Of a DNA stretch of 64,000 nt, positions 29,275 through 40,116 are shown piece after piece. The notes under the pieces are model-generated. The model ran no database searches and was not told the DNA's origin. It worked only from the letters and a program-made list of their open reading frames with translations. The DNA lies in the NCBI GenBank assembly GCA_049515535.1, contig JBEKTZ010000003.1, positions 124,001-188,000 on the forward strand, given 5' to 3'. The DNA is from Candidatus Aminicenantales bacterium. Lineage in GTDB: Bacteria > Acidobacteriota > Aminicenantia > Aminicenantales > UBA4085. Made by a program: the position numbers and the translations under genes. The first letter of the stretch is position 1. Each line of letters opens with the position of its first letter.

Positions 29275-30432
29275 TCACAACCCGAAATATCTCTTCAGTT
29301 CGGCCGCTTTGTCTTTCTTTTCCCAGGTGAACTCAGGGAGTTCGCGGCCGAAATGCCCGTAGGCGGCCGTTTTCTTGTAGATCGGGCGCCTCAGATCGAG
29401 CATATCGATCATGCCCTTGGGCGTGAGCTTGAAGATTTTCCTGACGGCCTTTTCCGCCTCATGTTCTTCCACTTTGCTTTGGCCGTGAAGGTTGAGCATC
29501 AGGGAGGTCGGCTCTTTGATGCCGATCGCGTAGGATAGTTGGACGGTGCAGAGGTCGGTCAAGCCCGCGGCGACGATGTTCTTGGCGATGTAGCGGGCGG
29601 TGTAGGCGGCGGAGCGGTCGACCTTCGTGGGGTCTTTCCCGGAGAAGGCGCCGCCGCCGTGCGGGCAGCTCCCGCCGTAGGTGTCCACGATGATTTTGCG
29701 GCCGGTCAGACCGGTGTCTCCCAGGGGCCCGCCGATATAGAAGTTGCCTGAAGGGTTGATGAGATAGGCGATGTCCTTGGCGATGAGAGGGACCGGGATA
29801 ACAGGTTCAATGACGTATTTCATGACCGTTTTCTCGATTTCGGCGTGGGAGACTCCTTCCGCGTGCTGCGTCGAAAGGACCACCCGCTCCAGGGCCACCG
29901 GACGATGTCCCTTGTAGCGGATCGAGACCTGAGACTTGGCGTCGGGCCGCAGCCAGGGCACGAGGCCGGACTTCCGGACCTCGGACAGCTTTTGAAGTAA
30001 GCGGTGAGCGAGCATGATCGGCAGGGGCATGAGCTCGGGCGTCTCGGTGCAGGCGAAGCCGAACATCAGGCCCTGGTCGCCCGCGCCGATTTCTCCGTCC
30101 TCCTTGATGACGGCGGCGGCGATGTTGGCCGATTGCCCGTGAAGCAGATTCTCGATCGCGCACGTTTTATAGTCGAACCCGTGAGACGGGTCGGAATAGC
30201 CGATCTCCTTGACCGTTTCGCGAACGATCTCTTCGACGGGGATCTTCGCCTCCGTGCCGAGTTCGCCGGCGACGATGGCCTTGTTCTCGGTCAAAAGCGT
30301 CTCGCAGGCCACCCGGCCGTGGGGATCCTGTTTAAAGATCGCGTCCAGGATCGCGTCCGAGATCAGGTCGGCCATCTTATCGGGATGGCCTTCCGATACG
30401 GATTCCGAAGTGAACAGATAATCTTTTTCCAT
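29275..30432 (-). CDS. metK: S-adenosylmethionine synthetase
   Basis: [17 protein letters not shown] and GGGAFSGKD motifs. Confidence 0.97.
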   Translation of the reverse strand: MEKDYLFTSESVSEGHPDKMADLISDAILDAIFKQDPHGRVACETLLTENKAIVAGELGTEAKIPVEEIVRETVKEIGYSDPSHGFDYKTCAIENLLHGQSANIAAAVIKEDGEIGAGDQGLMFGFACTETPELMPLPIMLAHRLLQKLSEVRKSGLVPWLRPDAKSQVSIRYKGHRPVALERVVLSTQHAEGVSHAEIEKTVMKYVIEPVIPVPLIAKDIAYLINPSGNFYIGGPLGDTGLTGRKIIVDTYGGSCPHGGGAFSGKDPTKVDRSAAYTARYIAKNIVAAGLTDLCTVQLSYAIGIKEPTSLMLNLHGQSKVEEHEAEKAVRKIFKLTPKGMIDMLDLRRPIYKKTAAYGHFGRELPEFTWEKKDKAAELKRYFGL

Positions 30433-30461
30433 GGGTTTGAAACCTCCTTTTTTATGAGTGT

Positions 30462-30562
30462 AAAAAAAAAGCCCGGCGCTAAAGATCTAGCACCGGGCTT
30501 CAGGTTGGTTTCGTCTTTGAGGAGACAAAAAAACCTGGGCTAAATCGACCTTAGCTCCAGGC
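30462..30562 (-). terminator. Two tandem intrinsic terminators in the metK leader
   Basis: Minus strand cctggagctaa...ttagcccagg-T7 and gcccggtgcta...tagcgccgggc-T9, both upstream of the metK RBS. Confidence 0.7.
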
Positions 30563-30747
30563 TACCGGTTTTTTAGCACCTTTTTTTTCGCGGCTGCAAT
30601 ATACCTCAAATCAGTCCCGCGTTCGATTGTCGAAAGAACTTTTCTCCAAGCTCCCGAAGAAACTTGAGAAGGTCATTAATTAGCACCGAACGGCGAAAAT
30701 GTCAAGAATAAATTAGAGATCGTGGGCGAGATGGGCTTGGATTTTGA

Positions 30748-32430
30748 TCACGCTTCGATCTCCCCGTATCTCCGTTCGGCGTATTTCAGGAGAACTCTCA
30801 AGCTCGCCGACCCAAGAACAGCCAGGATCAAGAACAGAACGATCAACAGGGCGTTCCGTGAGATCCCGGTCTTGATGAGACGCGACGATAAATATCCCAG
30901 GATGACCAAGATCCCGATGTCGGCCAGGATGCCGAAGAGGACGTTCAGATTTTGCTTAATCGCTTTCTGAGGATTGGTCCAATCGAGAAGCGGGCGGGCC
31001 AGGTCGATGATCATTCCCAGCGCGGTCATCGGAACGGATCCGGCCAGGGCCAGGAGCCAGGCCGGGGCCAGGGTTCCGAGCTTGAGATGGAGAAACGCGA
31101 CAAAGACGATCGTCGAGGCCGCGATGCCAAGAAGGGCGATCATATAGGAATGGAGGAATTTGGCGGTCACCTGTTCCCTCGGCGAAACGGGGATGATCTT
31201 CGATATCCAGAATTGCGCGCCTTCGCGCGAGAAGGTGGAGGAGGCCGTCCCGTTCAGGCTGCTGCAGACAGCCATGAAACAGGCCGCAACCAGAGTGGCG
31301 AGGAGGGGATTGGCCGATGTCAGGGCGTTCAGGATAGAGGCGTTGTCCCCCCTGCCCATTCCCGTTTTGGCCATGATGACGAACAGGAGAGGGACGATGA
31401 CGACGACCAGCACGCCATTCAGCAGGAAAATGGGCGTGCGGTTCATGATCCGCCACTCTCTCATGAAGATCGCCCGCACGGGGCGGCGACCCGACGTGAC
31501 CCGGCGGGACATTTCCGTCCGGGAGAGCGCTTTTTTCCGTCCGGAGATCTCGCCGATGCCGATCAGGCCGCGATAGAACAGCCTCTCGGAGATGACGACA
31601 ATGCCGATGAAAAAGAGGAGGGAGACTCCGGCATAGAGGAAAAGATTCGTCAGGCCGGATTTTGTCCATCCTCCGGCGAGCGCTTTCGTCGCCCAGATGC
31701 TGGGAGGGAAGCTCGCTCCGATCTTGTTCAGCAGACTGTCCGGGGACGTGAAAAATCTGATCATGGCTTGGGGGTCGGACTGGGAATTCCCGGATCTGTT
31801 TAAGACGAACTGCAGCCCGATTCCCGCCGTCATCAGGAGGAGGCTGCCGACGATGATCAGCGCGTCTTTTTTCCGGCTGAGATTGACCGCGCGCATCATG
31901 CCGATGACCAGAATCGAGACGACGGCCAGCGGGATGACCGGCATGAAGAGATAGACGACCAGTGCTTGGAGCCAGTAGGGGAGGCCGGCTTTTGACAGGA
32001 TCCCGTAATAGACGATGACCGGCAGGACGAAGGCCATGATCGTCAGGTATTCATTGACCAGAATGACCACGAATTTGGAGAGCATGACTTGGAACGGCTT
32101 GAACGGCAGAGGGACGAGCATTTCCAAATCCTTGGAGAAATAAAACGCCGAAATCACGTAGTAGAGGCCGAAGAGCAGGACGAGAAATTGACCGGTCAGG
32201 ATGCCGAACGTCAGGATAGCCGGCTGCTGTCCCAGCGGACGGAGGCCGCCATATACGTTCTTGATGAGCTTGAAGTAGCCATAGAGCGTGGGAACCAAAC
32301 CGATCAGCCCCAGGCCCACGAGGGGGACGAGCCAGATGTCCTTTTTCTCCTTGAACAGCCGATGATGGAGGACCGCGAGGCCGAAATTCGCTTTGAGGCT
32401 GACGCGGATGAGAGACGGGAGCTTGTTCAC
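30748..32430 (-). CDS. ABC-2 type transporter permease
   Basis: Many transmembrane segments, SKDLEMLVPLP and FSREG motifs. Coupled to an ATPase gene. Confidence 0.85.
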   Translation of the reverse strand: MNKLPSLIRVSLKANFGLAVLHHRLFKEKKDIWLVPLVGLGLIGLVPTLYGYFKLIKNVYGGLRPLGQQPAILTFGILTGQFLVLLFGLYYVISAFYFSKDLEMLVPLPFKPFQVMLSKFVVILVNEYLTIMAFVLPVIVYYGILSKAGLPYWLQALVVYLFMPVIPLAVVSILVIGMMRAVNLSRKKDALIIVGSLLLMTAGIGLQFVLNRSGNSQSDPQAMIRFFTSPDSLLNKIGASFPPSIWATKALAGGWTKSGLTNLFLYAGVSLLFFIGIVVISERLFYRGLIGIGEISGRKKALSRTEMSRRVTSGRRPVRAIFMREWRIMNRTPIFLLNGVLVVVIVPLLFVIMAKTGMGRGDNASILNALTSANPLLATLVAACFMAVCSSLNGTASSTFSREGAQFWISKIIPVSPREQVTAKFLHSYMIALLGIAASTIVFVAFLHLKLGTLAPAWLLALAGSVPMTALGMIIDLARPLLDWTNPQKAIKQNLNVLFGILADIGILVILGYLSSRLIKTGISRNALLIVLFLILAVLGSASLRVLLKYAERRYGEIEA

Positions 32431-33152
32431 TTGTCGGTCAGCTCCAGAAAGATGTTTTCAAGCGACTGTTCGGACCGGTCCATTTTTTTCAGCTCCTCCA
32501 TGGTCCCGCAAGCGACGAGCTTTCCCTTGTTGATGATCCCGATGCGGTCGCAGAGCTTTTCCGCGACCTCCATGATGTGCGTCGAGAAGAAAAGCGTCTT
32601 TCCCTGGTCGCAGTGCTCGCGCATGAGCTCTTTCAACTGGTGGGCCGCCCGCGGATCCAGCCCGACCATGGGCTCGTCGAGGACCATCACCCGGGGGGCC
32701 GGCAGGAGCGCCGCGGTCAGGACGATTTTCTGCTTCATGCCGTGGGAGTAGCTCTGGATGGGACTCGTTACGACTGCCGTGAGTTCGAAGATCGCGAGCC
32801 ATTTCTCGATCCGGCGCAGCCGTTCCGCCTTGGGCACGCCGTAGACGTCTCCGATGAAATTCAGGTACTCCAGGCCGGTCAGCCGCTCGTACACGGAGGG
32901 ATAATCCGGGACATAGGTGGTCATCTCCTTGCATTTCAGGGGATCTTTCCGCGTATCGAGACCGTTGATGGTGATTGTCCCGGCGTCCGGTTTGAGAAGG
33001 CTCACGATCATTTTGATCGTCGTCGTCTTGCCTGCGCCGTTGGGTCCGAGAAAGCCGAAGATTTCTCCGGGCCGGACGATCAGACTGAGATCGTCGACGG
33101 CCTTGATCTTGCCCTTGTTGTAGCTTTTGGAGACGCGATCGATTTGGATCAT
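32427..33152 (-). CDS. ABC transporter ATP-binding protein
   Basis: GPNGAGKT, YSHGMKQK and LDEP motifs. Confidence 0.95.
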   Translation of the reverse strand: MIQIDRVSKSYNKGKIKAVDDLSLIVRPGEIFGFLGPNGAGKTTTIKMIVSLLKPDAGTITINGLDTRKDPLKCKEMTTYVPDYPSVYERLTGLEYLNFIGDVYGVPKAERLRRIEKWLAIFELTAVVTSPIQSYSHGMKQKIVLTAALLPAPRVMVLDEPMVGLDPRAAHQLKELMREHCDQGKTLFFSTHIMEVAEKLCDRIGIINKGKLVACGTMEELKKMDRSEQSLENIFLELTDK

Positions 33153-33285
33153 GGGCCGCTCCTTGTTCGGAATTCTTATAACACAGATGCGGAAAAAATT
33201 CTAAGCGAAGCGAGGGGGTCATATTGACTTTTCCTTTTCATGTCGAATATTCTAACATCCACACCCGGAAGGGAGGGCCGATGCC

Positions 33286-33969
33286 GTGATCAACAAGCCG
33301 CTCTTGAACATCAAATCTCTCAAGGAACAGGTCTATGAATTTCTCCGTGAACGGATGCGGACGGGAGACATCCTTCCCGGTTCGGTCATCGATATGGAGG
33401 AAACCTCGAAAAAGCTGGGCGTGAGCAAGACGCCCCTGCGGGACGCGCTCCTTCAGCTCGAGATGGAGGGTTTTGTCACGATCCTTCCCCGCCGCAAAGT
33501 CGTCGTCAACACCCTTTCGCTCCAGGACATCCGGAATTATTACGAAATCATCGGGGCCCTGGAAAGCGCGGCTTTAGCGGCGGCCTTCCCCCGCATCCGG
33601 GCGGCCGACATCGCATTTATCGAGACGCTGAACGCCGGGATGAAGGACGCCATCGAGCAGAACAATTTCGACCTTTATTACGACAAAAACCTCCAGTTCC
33701 ACAACGTCTTTCTCAGCCGATGCGGCAACGAGAACCTGATCAAGCTCGTCCATACGTTGAAAAAACGGCTCTACGATTTTCCGCGCCAGCAGGGGTTCGT
33801 CAAGGAATGGGAACAGGCGTCGATCGGCGAGCACGCCGCGCTCATCGACCTCATCAAGCGGAAGAAAGAAAACGAGGCCGGCCTTTTCATCCGCGACGTC
33901 CATTGGTCGTTCAAGGTCCAGGAAAAATACATCTGCAAATATTACTTGCGGGCGTCCTCCGTCATTTGA
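33286..33969 (+). CDS. GntR family regulator (FCD domain)
   Basis: LGVSKTPLRDAL winged HTH and FH...H metal site. Confidence 0.9.
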   Translation: MINKPLLNIKSLKEQVYEFLRERMRTGDILPGSVIDMEETSKKLGVSKTPLRDALLQLEMEGFVTILPRRKVVVNTLSLQDIRNYYEIIGALESAALAAAFPRIRAADIAFIETLNAGMKDAIEQNNFDLYYDKNLQFHNVFLSRCGNENLIKLVHTLKKRLYDFPRQQGFVKEWEQASIGEHAALIDLIKRKKENEAGLFIRDVHWSFKVQEKYICKYYLRASSVI

Positions 33970-34068
33970 GAAGAAGATCCGCGGCCGGAGCGCGGCCCGG
34001 CCCCGGCGATCGGATCCGATCGCCATGCGCGGCTTGCTTTTCGCCGATCAAAGAATTATTTTGAGAAG

Positions 34069-36168
34069 GTGAGCGGATTTTCTAGCCTGATCGCCGTTCG
34101 GCATCGCCGGCGCTGCCTCATCGTCCTGGCCTGCCTCGCGACGGCCTGTTTTCCGCTCGCGAGCCGGGCAGCCGCCCAGAAACCCAAGCTTCCCGACGCG
34201 CACCAAAAGTGGCTGGACGAAGACGTCGCTTATATCATCGCCCCGCTCGAGAGGGACGTCTTTTTAAAACTCCGCACGGACAGGGAACGGGACCTTTTCA
34301 TAGAAGCCTTCTGGAAGCACCGGGATCCGACGCCCGAGACGCCGTTGAACGAGTTCAAGAATGAGCACTATAGGCGGATGAGCTATGCCGACCGCAATTT
34401 CGGCCGCTCCGCGCCCGTCCCGGGCTGGAAAACGGACCGCGGACGGGTTTATATCATTCTCGGCGAGCCGAACGACGTCCAGAAATTCGAAGGGAAAGCA
34501 AGCCTTTATCCCGCCGAAATCTGGTTCTACCAGAACAAGGACGGCCTCGGTCTGCCGGCGGGTTTTCATCTCGTTTTCTATCAGGACGGAGGCCTGGGGG
34601 ATTACAAGCTTTACAGTCCCGCAAAGGACGGGCCCCGGGCGCTTATGAGCGGTTACTTCGGCGACCCCCTGGATTACCGGAAGGCTTACCAGGCTCTCAA
34701 GGAGATCGAACCGAACCTGGCCGATGTCTCCCTGTCTTTGATCCCCGGAGAAAGCGCGTCGAGCTCGGGACGGCCTACCCTGGCCTCGGATATGTTGATC
34801 CAAAAGGTCGAGAACGCTCCGCGGAGCCGGCTCGAAACAACGTACGCTCAAAAATTTCTTGAATACAAGGACGTCGTGGAGGTGGAATACTCGACGAATT
34901 ACCTTGACAGCGAGTCCCTGGTCAAGCTTGCGAAAGATCCGTCCGGGATCTATTTCGTCCATTATGCCATAGAGCCGAAAAAGCTCTCGGTGAACGCGGT
35001 CGGTGATAAATACTACACGACCATCAAGCTCAACGGCAAAGCGGCCACGCTCGATGGAAAGACGATTTACCAATTCGAGAAAACGGCGAGCGTGAACATG
35101 GATGAGGCCCGGGTGAAGGCCGTCCATCTCCAACCGTTCGATCTTCATGATCTGTTTCCCTTGATCCCGGGGACCTACAAACTTTCCATCCTCCTCAAGA
35201 ACGAGGTTTCCAAGGAATTCTCATCCCTTGAGCGGACGCTGGTTGTTCCCGGCGAATCGCCGGCCTTGCAGATGACATCGCCCATCCTGGGCTACATGGT
35301 GACCAACGCGGACGGCGCGAAAAAAGCGATCAAGCCTTTTCAATTCGGCGGCCGGCAGATCTACTGCCAACCGAATCGCGTGTTCACCAGGAACGATACG
35401 CTGGCCGTGGCCTTTCAGGTCTTCGGCCTCACGCCGCGGCAGCGCGAAGAGGGCCGGATCAAGTTCGTTTTTCAAAAGAACGGCCAGCCGGACTTGGCCG
35501 AGTCCCGGGGCGTCGGGGAATACGGCGAATTCCCCGACGTTCTCGAGAGATTTCCGCTCGGGAAATTCGTGCCGGCGCATTACAACCTCAGGGTTTCCGT
35601 TGTCGCGGAGGAGCGGGAACTGATCGCCGCGACCGAGGAGTTCGACGTTTCGTATCTGGAAACCGTGCCTCGTCCCTGGTTCTATTCCAAGCTCATGCCC
35701 GATGCTTCCGATCCCGTTTATGCTCAGATCATCGGGAGCCAGCTCTTCGCCGCCGGCCGCCTCGACGAAGCCAGGCCTTATTTGGAGAAAGCACTTGGGC
35801 AGATGCCGGATTCGCCGGACGCGGCCTTGGCTCTGGCCCGGCTCTGCCTGGCTTTGAATGATGCCGACAAAATCCCGGCGATCCTGTCCCGCTTCGTCGA
35901 TCCGTCCCGGCCCCCGAATTATGAGATTTATTTTCTCGCCGGACGGGCGCACCAGATCCGGGGAGAGTTCGCCATGGCTTTGGATCTGTTCGATCGGGCG
36001 CTCACCCATTTCGGGGTCAACACGAATCTCCTCAACGCCGTCGGTGAATGTCGGCTCCGATTAGGCCGTCCGGCGGAGGCCTTGGCCGCCTGGGAGAACT
36101 CCCTGCGGATCGACCCCGGCCAGCCCGATATCCAGAAAAAGGCGGACGCCCTGAAGGAGAAAAAATGA
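34069..36168 (+). CDS. GWxTD domain protein with C-terminal TPR repeats
   Basis: FWKHRDP, GWKTDRGRVYI and TPR-like helices. Confidence 0.88.
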   Translation: MSGFSSLIAVRHRRRCLIVLACLATACFPLASRAAAQKPKLPDAHQKWLDEDVAYIIAPLERDVFLKLRTDRERDLFIEAFWKHRDPTPETPLNEFKNEHYRRMSYADRNFGRSAPVPGWKTDRGRVYIILGEPNDVQKFEGKASLYPAEIWFYQNKDGLGLPAGFHLVFYQDGGLGDYKLYSPAKDGPRALMSGYFGDPLDYRKAYQALKEIEPNLADVSLSLIPGESASSSGRPTLASDMLIQKVENAPRSRLETTYAQKFLEYKDVVEVEYSTNYLDSESLVKLAKDPSGIYFVHYAIEPKKLSVNAVGDKYYTTIKLNGKAATLDGKTIYQFEKTASVNMDEARVKAVHLQPFDLHDLFPLIPGTYKLSILLKNEVSKEFSSLERTLVVPGESPALQMTSPILGYMVTNADGAKKAIKPFQFGGRQIYCQPNRVFTRNDTLAVAFQVFGLTPRQREEGRIKFVFQKNGQPDLAESRGVGEYGEFPDVLERFPLGKFVPAHYNLRVSVVAEERELIAATEEFDVSYLETVPRPWFYSKLMPDASDPVYAQIIGSQLFAAGRLDEARPYLEKALGQMPDSPDAALALARLCLALNDADKIPAILSRFVDPSRPPNYEIYFLAGRAHQIRGEFAMALDLFDRALTHFGVNTNLLNAVGECRLRLGRPAEALAAWENSLRIDPGQPDIQKKADALKEKK

Positions 36169-37142
36169 GAGAACGTTCAGGCCGGGCCCTGGTCTTGGCC
36201 GCTCTGGTTGGTTTGTCTTTTTGCTCCGCTTGCCGCCTCGTCAATCTGGAGCGGAATCTCGGCCCGGTCAACGCCGATTTCCTGAGCAAGGTCCGCTATA
36301 TCATAACCCGCGACGAACGGAAGATCTTTCTCGAGCTTCCGGATTCTGAAAAGCCGCGATTCATCGAGGAATTTTGGAAACGCCGGGACCCCGACCCGTC
36401 CACGGAGGAGAACGAATTCAAGATCGAATACTTCATCCGGATCGAGGTGGCCACGAAATTGTTCCGTGGCGAGGGCCTGGCGGGCTGGATCACGGATCGC
36501 GGTCGGATTTACGTTATCTTCGGGCCGCCGAACGAGCGGCTCACTTACCTTCAGCCTACGGGCGGCATCGTTTCCACTGGCTGTCAGGAAGTCTGGTATT
36601 ACGGCGATTTTCCCGTCGTTTTCATCGATCAGACATGCACCGGAACTTATAAACTCGCGACCTACGATCTTGGTTCTCTCCGGGACATCAATTCGATGTT
36701 CCAGCCGGGAGCGAATAAGGCCGGAGTCGAGGCCTGGAACACGCTCTCGGAAGGGCGGGCGTTCTTCGATTTCGAGGCGAGCCTCAAGATCACGGCGCGA
36801 GACGGAGGAAGGATCGAGGGCCTCCTTTCCTTGGAAGTTCCCTACGAGCGCATCTGGTACAAATCCGAAGGGAAAAAAATGTGGACGACGCTTCAGGTCG
36901 GGCTTGAACTGCGGGACGCGAAGAAAGCTCCCGTCTGGCAGAACAAGGCCGGCTTCGACATCAAACTCGATGAAGGCGAGCTTGACCGGATGACGGGGAA
37001 AAAATATATCATGGATATCGCGATCAAGATCCAGGATGAGGAGAAGATCGGCCGCCTGAGCCAGGGCGGGAGTTTCCTTTATATCACGCTGACCAACACG
37101 ACGGGAAACGAGGTTCTCAGAAAAAACCTGGAATTCAAGTAG
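36165..37142 (+). CDS. GWxTD domain lipoprotein
   Basis: ATG overlaps the upstream stop. Lipobox-like CSAC, FWKRRDP and GWITDRGRIY. Confidence 0.85.
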   Translation: MRERSGRALVLAALVGLSFCSACRLVNLERNLGPVNADFLSKVRYIITRDERKIFLELPDSEKPRFIEEFWKRRDPDPSTEENEFKIEYFIRIEVATKLFRGEGLAGWITDRGRIYVIFGPPNERLTYLQPTGGIVSTGCQEVWYYGDFPVVFIDQTCTGTYKLATYDLGSLRDINSMFQPGANKAGVEAWNTLSEGRAFFDFEASLKITARDGGRIEGLLSLEVPYERIWYKSEGKKMWTTLQVGLELRDAKKAPVWQNKAGFDIKLDEGELDRMTGKKYIMDIAIKIQDEEKIGRLSQGGSFLYITLTNTTGNEVLRKNLEFK

Positions 37143-40116
37143 GATCCGCCGTCTTATCGGATTTCAGCCGTTTGATGACCTTGGGAGGTGCCGCGGATCG
37201 GTTCGTCCCGATGGTCGGCGCGGCTGCGCGAGGGCTTGAGGCCGCCGTGATCGAGAAGATACTATCGCTCATATCCGTGGGACTCCCGGTATCCGCCTCG
37301 CTGATTTGCACCAGGCAGATATCGGACACGGCATCCGGCACTATCCACTCGTAGGTCCCGTAATTTTCGGTTGAAGCCACGATTTCGACCCATGTCGTGC
37401 CGGCATCCGTCGAGTACTCGATTTTTACGTTCGTATCCACGCCCATCGATATCCAGGTGATGTTTTGCGTCGATCCTACGGTCCAGCTTTCACCGCCGTT
37501 CGGGGATGTCACGACGATGATCGGGGCGTCCGAGACCGTGAAAACCGCGTCGCTCGTATCCGAGGGATCCCCCGTTTCCGCCTCGCTGACGCGGATCAGG
37601 CCACTCGTGGATACCGCTTCCTCGGGCACGAACCAAGCGTAGGTTCCGTCATTTTCGGTCGACGACACAATCTCCGTCCAAGTCGTGCCGTCATCCGGCG
37701 AATATTCGATTTTCACGTTGCCGACTTTGCCCGACGTCAGCCAGGTGATGTTCTCTGTAAATCCCACGTGCCAGCTTTCTCCGCCGTTCGGAGACGTCAC
37801 GTCAACGGAGATTTCATTGATTTTAGCGACGAAGGCATCCCGGTTGCCGTTATAGGTCAGATCCGGGCCGGAAGTGACGGGAAAGGTCGTTTCCGTCGAA
37901 TAAGTATTTCCCGTCAGGTAGATATTTCCCGAACCATCCGTATCAAGGGCGATGCCCATGCCCAGGTCCGAGTTGGAACCGCCGACGTACCCGCAAAACT
38001 CGAGCGATGCGCCGGTGATGTCCACCTTCGCCACAAAAGCATCATAGCTGCCGCTGAGCGTCAAACTCGGGCCACCCTTGACAGGGAAGGTCCCTTCGGC
38101 CGAAGACGTATAGCCCGTGACGAAAGCGTAACCCCGGCCGTCCACCGCGATGCCGGTTCCGACGTCGTACCCGAGACCGCCGATGTATCCGCAATAGAGC
38201 AATGAATAGCCCTCGGCCCGGACCTTGGCCACGAAAGCGTCATAAAACCCGCCGTTATAAACCAGATCCGGACCCCCGCTCACGGGGAAGGAACTCGCGC
38301 TCGAGTCGTCTGTATATCCCGTGACATAAGCGCAGCCCGAGGGATCCACGGCGATCGCTGTTCCGACGTCTTCGCCGGACCCGCCGATGTACCCGCAATA
38401 CACAAGAGATGCGCCTTGCGGGTCCACCTTGGCCACAAAGGCGTCGAAGCCTCCGTTTTCGGTGATATCGGATCCGCCGGAGACCGGAAACGTGGACTCC
38501 GTCGAATTCGTGTATCCGGTGATATAGGCATTGCCCGAAGTGTCCACGGCGATGCCCCGGCCGTAATCCTGCAACGCACCGCCGATGTAGCCGCAATAAT
38601 CGAGGGCCGTGCCGTCGGCGTTGACCTTGGCCACGAAGGCGTCAAAGTTGCCGCCATGGATGAGCGACGGCCCCCCGACGACCGGAAACGTGGACTCCGT
38701 CGAATTCGTATATCCGGTGATATACGCGTTGCCCGAAGCGTCCACGGCGATGCCCCGGCCGTAATCCTGCAACGCACCGCCGATATAGCCGCAATAGTCG
38801 AGCGCCGTGCCCCCGGCGTTGACCTTGGCCACAAAGGCGTCATAGTTGCCACTGTGGATGAGGCTAGGTCCCTTGGCGACCGGAAAGGTGCGTTGCGTCG
38901 AATTCGTGTAGCCCGTGACATAAGCATTGCCGGAGGCGTCCACCGCAATGCCGTATCCGTAATCATCGCCCGAACCGCCGATATAGCCGCAGTAATTCAG
39001 GGCCGTCCCATCCGCGGTCAATTTGGCCACGAAAACATCCGTGTTTCCGCCGTTGAAGGTCCGATCCGGCCCGACCTTGGCCGGAAATCCGGGAGCCGTC
39101 GAATAGGTGTAACCCGTGACGTAGGCGCAACCGTCTTTATCCGCCGCAATGCCGTAGCCGTAATCGTAACTCGGGCCGCCGATATAGCCGCAATAAATCA
39201 AAATCATCGGATCCAGGACGAGGGTCCGGGTCCGGTCGTAGCTCCCGACCGAAAAACCGTAGGTGACGGCCGCCCCTTCATTTTCTCCGGCGGTGTCATG
39301 GTCCGCGCTTCCAACAGCATGATCCAGGATCTTATAGGCCAGCGGCACGTTCATCCGATTTCCGGAATTTTCCTGGTAAGCGACGGGAACGCCGTCCTCG
39401 AATCCGCCCGCCGGCGTCGAGACGGCCAATCTTCCCGCGTCATTAATCGCAACGGAACTTGCGCCCCGGTAGGTTAAACGGATTCGCGACGGGTCCGCGC
39501 CGGGATGAACGATGAATTCGTATTTCAGCTTATCCATGGTTCCCGAATAGACGAGGTCGATCCCCGGCCAGAGATTGGCATAAACGATCCGGGAATATGG
39601 AGAAAGCCCTGTCTTCCAGTTTCCGCGCTCGCCCTGGAAATACGAAATCACGGTTCCCGTTTTGTCCGTCCCGACGGGTTTCACCGCGGGAGCGGCATCC
39701 ACGAAATCCAGCTTCACCACCCAACGCGAAGCTTCTCCAGGGCGGCGGTCCGTCAAGGGCGCCAGAGCGTTCATTCGGTCCGGCGGGATTCTTTTCCCTG
39801 GCTCTCCGCTTTCCGGGATTCCCGCCGCCTTCTTCTCGTCCGCTCCGGCCAGAGCGAAGGTCACCCCGTTAGCCCCGAAGTAGATCGCTTTATCTTTTCC
39901 CTGGATATAATAATCGACTTCGCCGTCCAGTTGGCCCATGTTTGGAATGAGAACGACCGGCATGTCGCCGAAATGAGGCTGGACCTGAAGGATTCTATTC
40001 GCGAGGGCGGAAGGCGGATGAGAAATCCGCCCCGCGACCGCGGGGATTCCGTTCCCGGGGGTCAAAAAAGAAATACAAGCTATCAAGAAGGTGCCGGCTA
40101 GGACTCTTTTTCCCAT
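37135..40116 (-). CDS. Secreted SBBP-repeat beta-propeller protein with two C-terminal Ig-like (SPNGGE) domains
   Basis: Seven ~66-aa units of YCGY(I/V)GG...G.GIA.D..G.AY.TG.T...DAFVAK, and TSPNGGESW twice. Confidence 0.88.
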   Translation of the reverse strand: MGKRVLAGTFLIACISFLTPGNGIPAVAGRISHPPSALANRILQVQPHFGDMPVVLIPNMGQLDGEVDYYIQGKDKAIYFGANGVTFALAGADEKKAAGIPESGEPGKRIPPDRMNALAPLTDRRPGEASRWVVKLDFVDAAPAVKPVGTDKTGTVISYFQGERGNWKTGLSPYSRIVYANLWPGIDLVYSGTMDKLKYEFIVHPGADPSRIRLTYRGASSVAINDAGRLAVSTPAGGFEDGVPVAYQENSGNRMNVPLAYKILDHAVGSADHDTAGENEGAAVTYGFSVGSYDRTRTLVLDPMILIYCGYIGGPSYDYGYGIAADKDGCAYVTGYTYSTAPGFPAKVGPDRTFNGGNTDVFVAKLTADGTALNYCGYIGGSGDDYGYGIAVDASGNAYVTGYTNSTQRTFPVAKGPSLIHSGNYDAFVAKVNAGGTALDYCGYIGGALQDYGRGIAVDASGNAYITGYTNSTESTFPVVGGPSLIHGGNFDAFVAKVNADGTALDYCGYIGGALQDYGRGIAVDTSGNAYITGYTNSTESTFPVSGGSDITENGGFDAFVAKVDPQGASLVYCGYIGGSGEDVGTAIAVDPSGCAYVTGYTDDSSASSFPVSGGPDLVYNGGFYDAFVAKVRAEGYSLLYCGYIGGLGYDVGTGIAVDGRGYAFVTGYTSSAEGTFPVKGGPSLTLSGSYDAFVAKVDITGASLEFCGYVGGSNSDLGMGIALDTDGSGNIYLTGNTYSTETTFPVTSGPDLTYNGNRDAFVAKINEISVDVTSPNGGESWHVGFTENITWLTSGKVGNVKIEYSPDDGTTWTEIVSSTENDGTYAWFVPEEAVSTSGLIRVSEAETGDPSDTSDAVFTVSDAPIIVVTSPNGGESWTVGSTQNITWISMGVDTNVKIEYSTDAGTTWVEIVASTENYGTYEWIVPDAVSDICLVQISEADTGSPTDMSDSIFSITAASSPRAAAPTIGTNRSAAPPKVIKRLKSDKTADPT
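38483..39076. repeat. 198-nt tandem coding repeats within the SBBP gene
   Basis: Units start at 38483, 38681 and 38879. The first two are highly similar at DNA level. Confidence 0.8.

Noticed and set aside
34069..37142. Tandem GWxTD genes as a new system
   Set aside because: This is a recognised domain family that commonly occurs in multiple copies. Nothing here points to a new function.
37135..40116. SBBP repeats as a diversity-generating retroelement template/variable pair
   Set aside because: No reverse transcriptase is present, the repeats are tandem and coding, and the differences are not adenine-specific.
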